The position numbers and the translations under genes are program-made. The notes beneath the pieces are model-generated. The model searched no databases. It saw only the letters and a list, made by a program, of their open reading frames with translations, and was not told the DNA's origin. A DNA stretch of 64,000 nucleotides from Felis catus (taxonomy: Eukaryota), in the NCBI RefSeq assembly GCF_018350175.1, contig NC_058368.1, forward strand, positions 62,746,001 through 62,810,000, in the 5' to 3' direction. Within the stretch, counting starts at the first letter, position 1. Each line of letters opens with the position of its first letter. Of the stretch, positions 53,219 to 63,150 are shown in pieces.

Positions 53219-53597
53219 TTAAAGATAGAAATATATACACATATATACGTACACACACATACACATATATACAAAGAGAGACAAATTGAGAGTCCCTTCA
53301 AACTCAGTTTTGTGTTTAGAACCTCTTGGGATGCTTTGTTTTAGCCAGTTAATTTTTCTCCAGCCAAACATTCTGGGCTATACTAATCCATAAAAGCCTT
53401 TCCACAGTTGGGTTGACACAGCAGGAGGCTCAATAGACTAGTGGGACCAATATAATATCCCCCTACTGTGTTTACACAGGTGAAATCCCTCAACATAGGA
53501 CTCAGCAAGTCTATGTTTTCTTTAAATGTGCACTGAATGCTTTGTAGTTTCTGTATTAGATGTAATTCTAACAGGCCCTCATATACTCCAGCCAAGA

Positions 53598-53600
53598 TAA

Positions 53601-53635
<35 letters not shown>

Positions 53636-53637
53636 AT
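53598..53637. repeat. (TAAA)n tetranucleotide STR
   Basis: Directly visible, ~10 units. Confidence 0.95.
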
Positions 53638-54189
53638 GTTTACAGTAATCCTCTAACTGGCAACAAACTGCTCTCACTTCTTCTTAACAGTTGTGAATCA
53701 CTCATACTTAGTCTACAGCTTTCTCAGCAAAAGAAATTAAAAGGTACATGGAGTGTAAAGAATGCCTTCCTATTTCATGTTTTCTTTAGATGCAATCACT
53801 GTAACCAGCCACTACTCCATGTTGATTTCCCAAAGTCTGCACTTCTGTGCACTTTAAACTCTGGCATGGATTCTTTCTGGTTTAATCGTCGCTTTCTTCT
53901 TTGCCTTCTTCCTAATTCTGGATAACAACAAGTGCTTTACTCACTCTTTTATCTTTGGTGTTATAGCTCTGTTCATAGCTACAATGAAAAGGTTTCTAAC
54001 TCTCTGGACTGCTGCCCATGATCTGGTTCTCAATTCCAATCCCTTATGCTTCAAGAAAATTAAAAATGACTACCATATATTTTTTCTCATAATAAAAGCT
54101 GTTTTATCTCTTGCTTTTCGCTCATCAGAGCTGGCAGACCTATGGAATACATGCGCACCTTTTGACGGTCACCTTTCGTCTTTCCTCTA

Positions 54190-54438
54190 TCTTTTACTCT
54201 GGGACACAAGTATGATAGCGAGAGATGCAGAAGCCATTTTATAAGAACGAGGATAAATGCTACATGCCAAGAATGATGGCATGGAAGGCTAAAAGAAGGT
54301 AGGGTCACTGAGGATGCAATGAAGCTGCTATACCTTGTCTGAACAGTCCTCCTTTATACCTCTTATGCAATAAAAAGAAATTTCTATTTGATGAAGTCAA
54401 ATTACTAATTCATGCAGCCATCATGTATCTAATTGATA
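54190..54438 (+). mobile_element. Old MLT1 (J/K-like) LTR 3' part
   Basis: gatgcagaagccatttt...gaggataa...gcagcc...ctaattgata. Confidence 0.55.
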
Positions 54439-54631
54439 GGGAAACTGCAGCTATCTATTGAATTACACAGAAATCAAAAGCTGAGATGAAGATATGTGAA
54501 ATGAGGTATAAATGTACATTTATTCTTTTTTCCTAGGTTGCCACAGATTGATACAAACCTCCCAAATTAAAAAGATATAGACATTCTGTATGAGCTATAT
54601 CAGTAAAATAATATTTTAATTTAATAAAACA

Positions 54632-54819
54632 TTTTTAAATGTGTATTTTATTTTTGAGAAGGGGGGAAGAGGCAGAGAGAGGGGGACAGAGGATCTGAAG
54701 CGGGGTCTGCACTGACAACAGACAGAGACAGCCTGATGTTGGGCTCGAACTCCCAAACTACAAGATCATGCCCTGAGCCAAAGTCTGAAGCTTAATCGAA
54801 TGAGCCATCCCAGGACTCC
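54632..54819 (-). mobile_element. SINEC
   Basis: Diverged body; aaaacattttta on both sides. Confidence 0.9.
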
Positions 54820-55283
54820 ATGTAAGAAAACATTTTTAAGCACATATCAAAATTAATTTATTATATGAACACATAGATGTATTTTTCCAAGACAAAATTA
54901 AGCAGTGTCGTTCAATAAATGAATACAGTATATGAAAAATATTTTTCCATGTTCATTTAGTCTATATTCAACTTAAAGCAACTCACCTAAATTATTGGTC
55001 ATGATTCAACTTGCTTATTCATCACTTTTGGAAGAAAAGAATTTAAGCTTTTGCATAATAAAAACTTATATGGACTTTTAAAAGAGCGTTAGTTTCCTAA
55101 GTATCACCTGAGTAACTCTGGAAATTTTGAAAGGTATCTATGAATACTGTGGAAGAAATGGGTCTGTGTGCACTGTTTGGTCAGCTCTGTAGGAGGCCAC
55201 TTAATTAATTCTTGAAATGTAGCCTCTCCGGGAGGAAACACAAAGCAGTGGCATATTTTCTGCTAAAGAAAGAAGCCAGACTT

Positions 55284-55518
55284 GGGGCACCTGAGTGGCT
55301 CAGTCAGTTAAGCGTTGGACTTTGACTCAGGTTATGATCTCACTGTTCATGAGTTCAAGCCCCGAATCAAGGCTCTGTGCTGACAGCTGGGAGCCTGGAG
55401 CCTGCTTCGGATTCTATGTCTCCCTCTGTCTCTGCCCCTGCCCACTCGCTCTGTCTCTCTCTCTCTCTCTCAAAAATAAGTGAAAATTTAAAAAAAAAAA
55501 AAAATTTTTTTTTTTTTT
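55284..55518 (+). mobile_element. SINEC with A15-T14 tail
   Basis: Degenerate TSD aaagaaagaagcc / aaagacagaagcc. Confidence 0.95.
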
Positions 55519-55634
55519 AAAGACAGAAGCCGAACAGCATTTGTAGTTAATTTATACACTTGGCAGTTCTTAGATTGTATAAGGTAAGCGGATAAATATG
55601 ATGATGTATTTTAAAACAGTTTAAATTGGTAAAC

Positions 55635-56100
55635 TGTTAGCGGTCGTCCGGTTACAAATTGCACGTACCAGCCTTGGGGACAGGATTCTGCTCTCTGCTC
55701 TATTGCTTCGCAGCCCTGGGCGCTCTCCCGCTGGAACCTGAAACTGGCCTCCACCGAGGCCGCGGAGACACGGAAGAAAGAGGCAGCCGGCCAGAACGGT
55801 AGGTGGCAGGAGGGGCAAGCGAGGGAACTTACTCCTGAGGCTGATCTCGTGGAGATCTCCACGAGCGCCGCCAGCAACTTACAGCTTCATGAAGCTACCT
55901 CAACTGGATTCTGCCCTACGTATGTGCCCAGGGGGCCTCAACAATACACTGCTCTCTCAAGGCCCTGGGCTTGAAGTGGCTCCCGCTGCGAGAAGGGTGC
56001 GGCGAACATCCCTTCCACCGGAGGGAGTGAGGCGCCTCCCAATAATTGCCCGGATGGACTCGCAGGTCGACCTGCGGCCACGTCCTCTCAATGACCTCCT
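55635..56100. promoter_or_regulatory. Small non-repeat CpG island, putative promoter or first exon
   Basis: ~30 CpG in ~460 bp by manual count, in a CpG-depleted AT-rich window; ETS-like CGGAAG; splice-donor motifs; no repeat recognised. Confidence 0.7.
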
Positions 56101-56301
56101 TCAACATGCTCATTGAATAAAAGTCATCACAAGGAAAAAAAAATTTTGATAGCCCTGAATATGTGTGGTGTAAATCCAAAAGGAGACCTTGGCCATAACT
56201 GCTTTTTTCCTCCCAAAAGGACTTTGGTTTAGAAGGCAAAATTAAGGAATATATACATTTTATATAACACCTCTTTTTAACCACTAAAAGTGAAAAAGCC
56301 A

Positions 56302-56527
56302 GGGGCTCCTGGGTGGCTCAGTCAGGTAAGTGAGTGACTCTTGATTTCAGCTTAGGTCATGATCCTACAGTTCATGAGTTCAAGACCCTCATGGTTCAAG
56401 TGCACAGTCAGTGCAGAGCCTGCTTGGGATTCTCTCTCTCCCTCTCCCTCACTATTTCCTCTCTGATTGTGTTCTCTCTCTCTCTCTCTCTCTCTCAAAA
56501 TAAATAAATAAACTTACAAAAATGTTT
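56302..56527 (+). mobile_element. SINEC with TSD
   Basis: TSD aagtgaaaaagcca. Confidence 0.93.
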
Positions 56528-56912
56528 AAGTGAAAAAGCCAAAATAGGATTTGAAATTTTCAAGGTGCATACAGCTATAATATTTTTTCTCATCAGATTA
56601 CTTATCAAACATAATCATAATTTATAATTCCATAATGAAGCTTAGTCAATGGTGAACACACATATATATTCACATTAAACATATCATCATTTTTCTTGTT
56701 ATGTATGGACCCTAATTAATCAATGTGATGCTAAGATTCTGGGGACCAGAGATGGCATCTTATTGTCAGTTTTTGACACTAATATGATAATATTGCTCAG
56801 TGTGTTTACAATTTAGTCAAAATTTCTATCTTAGATTCATATTAATCTATGTTTTCAATTGTTTTTAATATGGGAAAATGTATATAACATAAAATTATTC
56901 ACCATTTTAAAA

Positions 56913-57097
56913 AATGTTTTTGTTTATTTTTGAGACAGCATGAGCAGAGGAGGGGCAGAGAGAGGGGGGACAAAGGATACAAAGCAGGATCTATGCTGAC
57001 AGCAGAAAGCCTAATGTAGGGCTCAAACTCAGGAACTGCGCTGTCATGACCTGAGCTGAAGTTAGATGCTCAATCGATTGAGCCACTCAGGTGCCAC
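56913..57097 (-). mobile_element. SINEC inside L1
   Basis: Ends tgagccactcaggtgccac. Confidence 0.92.
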
Positions 57098-57118
57098 GAA
57101 ATTTATCATTAAAAACAA

Positions 57119-57345
57119 TTTTTTTTTTTAATGTTTAGTCATTCTTGAGTGAGAGAGAGAGAGAGAGAGAGGGAGAGTGTGTGAGCAGGGGAGGGGCAGA
57201 GAGAGGGAGACACAGAATCTGAAGCAGGCTCCAGGCTCTGAGCTGTCAGCACAGAGCCCAATGTGGGGCTCAACACAAACCATGAGATAATGACCTGAGC
57301 CGAAGAAGTCAGAGGCCCCACCAACTGAGCCTCCTAGGCAGCCCC
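57119..57345 (-). mobile_element. SINEC inside L1
   Basis: Poly-T, (GA)n and SINEC body. Confidence 0.93.
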
Positions 57346-57805
57346 AAAATTTGCCACTTTAAGTGTGCAATTTAGAGATATTAAATGCATTCATGATGCT
57401 GTGCTGCCATCACTGCCATCCGTCTCTGGAACTTTTTTCATCTTGTAAAACTGATGAAAATTCTGCAGTCTCCCTTCCCCCAGCCCCTCGTAACCATTCT
57501 TATTTCTGTCTGTATAAATTTGACTATTCTGTGTGCTGCATGTAAGTGGAATCATGCAGTTGTTGTCTTTTATCGACTGGCTTCATTCACTTAGCATAGT
57601 GTCCGTAAGCTTCATGCATGTTGTGCTATTTGTTAGAATTTCCTACCTTCTTAAAGCTGAATAATATTCCATTTTGCGTATATAGATTTTTGTATATATA
57701 CATTTGCTTATCCATTCATCCATCAATGGACACTTGGGCTACTTCTACATTTTAGCTTATTTGAACAATGCTTTTATATATATGAGCATACAAACATCTC
57801 TTTGA

Positions 57806-57941
57806 GGGGGGTGCCTGGTGGCTCAGTGGATTGAGCGTCCAACTCTTGATTTGGGCTAAGGTCATGATCCCAGGGTCGTGAGATTGAGCCCTGTGTTGGG
57901 CTTTGTGCTGAGCATGGCACCTGTTTAAGATTCTCCCTCTC

Positions 57942-57973
<32 letters not shown>

Positions 57974-57988
57974 CTTCTGCCCCTCCCT
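57806..57988 (+). mobile_element. SINEC inside L1, tail replaced by (TA)n
   Basis: Splits L1 sequence ctctttga|gaccct. Confidence 0.9.
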
Positions 57989-58027
57989 ATATATATATAC
58001 ATATATATATATGTATATATATATATG

Positions 58028-58070
<43 letters not shown>
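57988..58070. repeat. (TA)n microsatellite
   Basis: Directly visible. Confidence 0.95.
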
Positions 58071-58072
<2 letters not shown>

Positions 58073-59123
58073 CCCTACTTTCAATTATTTGAAAGTATAT
58101 ATAGGTATATACCTAGAAGTATAATTGCTAGATCATGTGTTAATTCTATTTTCAAGTTTTGAGGAAATTTCTTACTGTTTTCCACAGCAGCTATACCATT
58201 TTACATTCCCATCAGCTGTGTTCAAGTATTCCAATTTGTCCCCACCTTCACCGACACTTGTTATTTTGATGTTGGCTATCCTAATGAGTATCAGGTGTTT
58301 TGTCCTCATTCTTATTTCAAAAAGTCACTATTGGTTACCATTTTTATGTAAAATAAAAATTTGCTTCCCATGGAGAATTATGTATAACACTGAAAAGCAT
58401 TTTAATAAGGAACAAAAATAATTATACTGTTGTATTCATTCCTTTTCCTCTACTGTCATAAATCTCCACAAATTTTCTAAGGTATTCTCACTGATATTTA
58501 ATGTTAGGTGTAATACTGAAATAATATCTTAATTAATCATTTTTGAGCACAATAACAAAGCTCAGTAAATTGATTATATTGAAATATGTCCAAGAAAAAA
58601 AAGTATTAGAAAAGTAACATACGATGTATGAGTTAAGCAAACTTTGAGAAGAAAATACGTAATTTAAATCTCTGTGAACTATGTGTTGTTTTGATTGAAT
58701 ATATGCTGTGAAATGCTAAAGAAATGCATATTAAGAAAATGATCAAACCCTTGGCATATGTTACCAGTAAGCACAGAAACGTAGTAAAGGAGAATCTGGT
58801 AAAAGATGAAAGCGATGTTATTTTCACTGATGTTCTATCATAGAAAGTTTCAGCCACTAGTAACAGTATATAATAAAAGAAACTGATGCTGAGTTTTCAC
58901 TGATATATTTTCTGTCATAGGAAGTTTGGACCATTGTTTTTCCAACACCTCAAGTGGGAAAATAAATACCTTCTAGGCAAATAAAAAGTTTCTGTAGGCC
59001 AAGGTAATTTAGTATCTGCTCTGGCAGATGACATATGCAATTTTTCATCCTCTCTGAGACCACCTGAACAGCTGTCCTTGTGTGCTTAAATGGTTATTAA
59101 AATACCACTTTGGAAGTGTTTAC

Positions 59124-59314
59124 CTGAAGGCGATAGAAAAAGTGAGATGTCTTCTCAATTCTGGAGAAATTCAATTTAATAAAGTTGATTTTAAGCTCTA
59201 TTACACCTCAACTCTATTTTCTCCATGGTCGTTTCAGATGGAAGGAATGAATGTCTCTGTCGGAAAACAGATCTCTGGTGTCAAAAGACAGTATTTGGAT
59301 TCCTGTCATCATAA
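59124..59314 (-). other. Candidate non-coding exon (191 nt)
   Basis: attttcacag| acceptor and CAG|gtaaac donor on minus strand; stops in all three frames. Confidence 0.25.
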
Positions 59315-59469
59315 CTGTGAAAATATTTCATGGGTAATCCGTAAAGCCATCCAAAAAATAAAATAAACCCCACAAACACAAAGACTTTTTAGGAAGGGGA
59401 GATAAAGTACAAATATATCTATATTTCTGATAATATTTCAACAAAAGTAATTTGTGTTCCTTGAATATA

Positions 59470-59787
59470 TTAGATGTTTCCTGTTTTTTCTCTGCCTGGA
59501 GTAGTTTTCATTTAGGAATTTGAGTGTAAATCTAGCTCCCTTCCTTCGGATTTGTTCTATTCACAGTCTCTTTATGAGGCCTATCTTACTGGACTCCCTA
59601 TACCAGCATCCTTAATCCTTAATCTGTTCTATTTTTTTTCCTTTTCCCTGTTAACATTTCTCTCCTATTAATGAAATGGATAATTTACTTACATGTTTTT
59701 ATTGTCTGATCTCTTACTAGAATATGTAAGTTCCACAACGGCAGATGCTTAATAAAATCTGTGGAGTTGATTAGTGAATGAATGAAT
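59470..59787 (+). mobile_element. L2 3' end
   Basis: tctctgcctgga...actagaatatgtaagttcca...gcttaataaa...(gaat)n terminus. Confidence 0.75.
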
Positions 59788-59789
59788 AA

Positions 59790-60060
59790 TTAGCACATCA
59801 GGAAGTGTTTAATTAGTATTTAGTATGTGCAGGTCTTTTTCTGAGCACTAGAGGTAAATATTTTCTCTTTCATGCAGAAATTCTTCTAGTGGGAAATATA
59901 GACATTACATAAACTATTTTGAATGTAATCAATAAATTTGAAGCATCCTGGGTACTTATTAAAGAGTATAATATAGTATCATCTGGGGTTTCAGAGAAGT
60001 TCAACTAAGGAATTGCACTAAAACTCTATTCTAATAGATGAAAAGAAGTTCCTAAGTTTA
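59790..60060 (-). mobile_element. L2 3' fragment in opposite orientation
   Basis: tttaattagtatttagtatgtgcagg...ctgagcactaga...ttctagtggg. Confidence 0.5.
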
Positions 60061-61030
60061 AGCAAAGCCTTTTGTTTTCAAAACTTGTTTGAGTCACCAT
60101 CTTTGTTGACCTAAGATTGTTTTCATACTGTATTCCACAACTTTTTCATCAGTAACTTGGCTTCATTTTTTCTTTTGTCCCCCCTCCATAGTTTTCAAAA
60201 TAAAAATGAAATCATGTTATTGGTCAGGAGAGGTAGTCAAAACACTCTTACAAACAACTGACAACACATGAAACTGAGATATGGCAAATATTTATTTCAT
60301 ATGCAAGTGGAGGGGAGATGGGATTAGGACTACTACATCTCTTACTTTTGTACAACAAATTCATCAGCAACTGCTGATTAAACCAAATCCAGTAAAACGC
60401 AGCATAAAATGTGACCTAACGTAGAATAAAAGATTTTCTCCTTTTTTCATGATGCTAAAGTACAAATATTACATGGAACAGCAATCATAGAGAAGGGATA
60501 AGCTGAGAAGAAATGCTGGTTGAGCATCTGGATTCTTATGAGAGAGATTGTTCCTCTTTATACTCCTTTATTCCTAGGCAGAATGAAGCAAAGGCTAGAA
60601 AAGTGAAAATTGTCTGCATTGTAGAGACAAGTACATCAGGCTTCCCGGGTTGCTTTTGAATATGATTGGCAAAGGTCAAACACAGACATCCTGTGGGTTC
60701 CTAGAGGCCAGTTCACAGTCACTTGCCACCTCTTTGACAATCCTCACACTCCCAAGATGATGCGTTTTTGACAAATATCATAACAGTCTCTCTAAGAGAA
60801 TCTAGAGGTTAGGTCTGCTGGTACAATTGTGCAGCTAATGTACTGGCAGGAACGGTTCTCTATGTGCTGTGAAATAAAGAAGGAAGAGAAAGAGGAAAGG
60901 AAGAAGGAGGAGAAGGAAGAGGAGGAAATCTCTAATGTATATGCCATTATTTGATAACATTAAAAGATAAGAGAACCACATGAGGAATTCTGCTATTTCT
61001 GAGATTTTGGTAAACTCTAAGCCAAAAGAG

Positions 61031-61093
<63 letters not shown>

Positions 61094-61106
61094 CTTTCTT
61101 TCTTTC

Positions 61107-61158
<52 letters not shown>

Positions 61159-61184
61159 TCCTTCCTTCCTTCCTTCCTTCCTTC

Positions 61185-61222
<38 letters not shown>
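61031..61222. repeat. Compound (CTTT)n(CCTT)n(CTTT)n STR
   Basis: ~190 nt, directly visible. Confidence 0.98.
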
Positions 61223-62321
61223 AGCATTTCTGCAGCAAGACAATATAAGAGAGAGGGTAAAGGATGTGTGATTCTCCAGAGAACACACAGAGAACTGGTG
61301 AGCCCAATAAATTGGGCATGTGGAGTGTCCTTCCTGGTCACGACTGCAGTCTTTTCACTGCACAGGAAGAAGAATCGTGATTCATCACCAAATATTTGGT
61401 TGGTTCTTCTCAAGATTTATATGAGACATAATATATGTTGGACCAGGTGGGCATTTTCTTCTTCACCATCAAAACTCTCAGGTGGGCTTCCTATATTTTA
61501 TTAAGAACAATATATATTTGCATCTAAGCTCTAGCCAGGTATTACTGTTACTTAGCTGGTTTACTTTTCAACCGGTTTATGCCTGACTTTGGTCTTTGTA
61601 ATTCCCACCAGCTGTACACTGAAACAGCTGTGTCTCCCTCTCCTTCACTCAGAGCAATTTCCAGGGACTCGTATTTAAAGGAGAGTGAAATGTTGTCTCT
61701 AATTATAACAGCAATCTGTTCCCCAGCAGTTTTCACACTCTACTTACATTCCCTACTGTGTTTTTCCAATAGTCTTACCCTTTCTTCCATTTCTCTAATT
61801 TTGGATTTAAAACCATCAAACTGCCGGTTAACATCAAACAACTGAATTAACTTTAAAGGACCTTACTTCTAGCACACTTTTTTGAAGTGTATATGACCGT
61901 TGATACTGATATTTAAGATTAAGCTTGAGTTATTTCTTCAAATATCAAGGGCAGGGTAAACTGTTGGGTGTTAGTAAAGGATAGTTAGTCCTGGACATTT
62001 ATTTATCTTCTGCCATTGGGGCACCTGCTTTATGATGACTAAGAAAGCATGAGTGGAAGAAAAGCAGTGACTTGTGTCAGCACAGCGGCCTTTTCAAATA
62101 TGTTCTTCCAATTCCTCTGCACAATTGCTATTTTACAGAAGAAGAAAACACGATGTAAACCAGTTAACAAGCATCTGCTTTATTTAAGAAATGTGGCAAA
62201 TCAATTAAATCTCCACTAACCATGCAACAAAATATGTGCTCAATTTCCAAAATTTAGCATAATGATATATTTTAGAATTATCTCTGTAGTTATTTAAACC
62301 TGGTTCTTAATTTCATAACAG

Positions 62322-62407
62322 GTTACAAGCTGAAGAAAGAGTATTTAAACAGTCCCTCAACATGACCTTAAGCAACTTTATCCTTATGCTATGATTTGGA
62401 AATACTG
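62322..62407 (+). other. Candidate non-coding exon (86 nt)
   Basis: ttcttaatttcataacag| acceptor and CTG|gtaatg donor; stops in all three frames. Confidence 0.25.
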
Positions 62408-62559
62408 GTAATGTTAAGACTTTAAAATAACAACCTTTGCTTAATAGTCAGGAATTTAATACTCAAACATAAAAATGTCTTATAATCTAAACATGTTTTA
62501 TGGACAACCAGGTTGTTATTTTAAAATGAGATATAAGAATAAAAATCCATAAATTATTT

Positions 62560-63150
62560 AAAATTAATTTCATATAGTATTGCTTCAAACTATATTTTGC
62601 TACCCAAGATTCTAGCCACTTTACCACTCTTCTTTTACAGACTTTCATGTCAAACTAATTCATTTTCCACAAGAAAGTTAGCATATTTTGCCAATTTATT
62701 AAAAACATACCCTCTGTGATTTACTTGTTATTGTGTTGAACAGATAGGTTAAGGAAGAACTTCTATTTTTATTTGCTATTGAAATGAATTGTTTTTCCAA
62801 AATATTGTTTATCTTACGATAGTTTGCATATTAAAAAGTTCTTGATTGGTGATTGTTAATTTAACCTGCCATCTTACTTAATTCGATTATTGACTCAAAA
62901 CTTATTATTTTAGATTATCTATGCATATAATCAGATCAACTGAGAATAATACATTTCACTCTGCCTCTTTTTTTCATATTTACATCTCTCGTGTCTTTCT
63001 TGGCTCTAATAGTTTCTTCCCTTAGTGCCAGAACAATAATATGAGGGTGATTTTTGGCATTATTCTCTGTCTCCTAGTCTTAAACACAGTGCTTTCAGTC
63101 TTTCAACATCAAACTTTTGATTCTGATTTGAGATATTTCTCATAATATTT
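62560..63150 (-). mobile_element. Highly decayed L1 ORF2 (RT region) fragment
   Basis: ttttagattatctatgcatataatc...atgagggtga...gtgctttcagtctttca resembles reverse L1 ORF2. Confidence 0.6.

Larger units (their letters stand above)
56855..58305 (-). mobile_element. L1MB-like 3' end carrying three SINE insertions
   Basis: taagtggaatcatgcag...gactggctt.attcacttagcata; aagctgaataatattccatt; tccattcatccatcaatggacacttggg. Confidence 0.9.

Noticed and set aside
56061..56076. Vector polylinker contamination (SalI-centred GCAGGTCGACCTGC)
   Set aside because: Flanks lack the other pUC polylinker sites and the sequence is continuous with felid repeats on both sides.
55505..56100. Minus-strand processed pseudogene with the T-run as its poly(A) tail
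   Set aside because: The T-run lies inside the SINE's TSD boundaries, so it belongs to the SINE tail. No parent gene recognised.
60835..61504. Longest ORFs (192, 174 and 113 aa), rich in K/E/R or F/L/S; likewise 24452-24763
   Set aside because: Frames are open only because they cross stop-free (CTTT/CCTT)n microsatellites.
61548..61845. Overlapping short ORFs in unique sequence
   Set aside because: No recognised homology and weak splice signals; length is within chance expectation.
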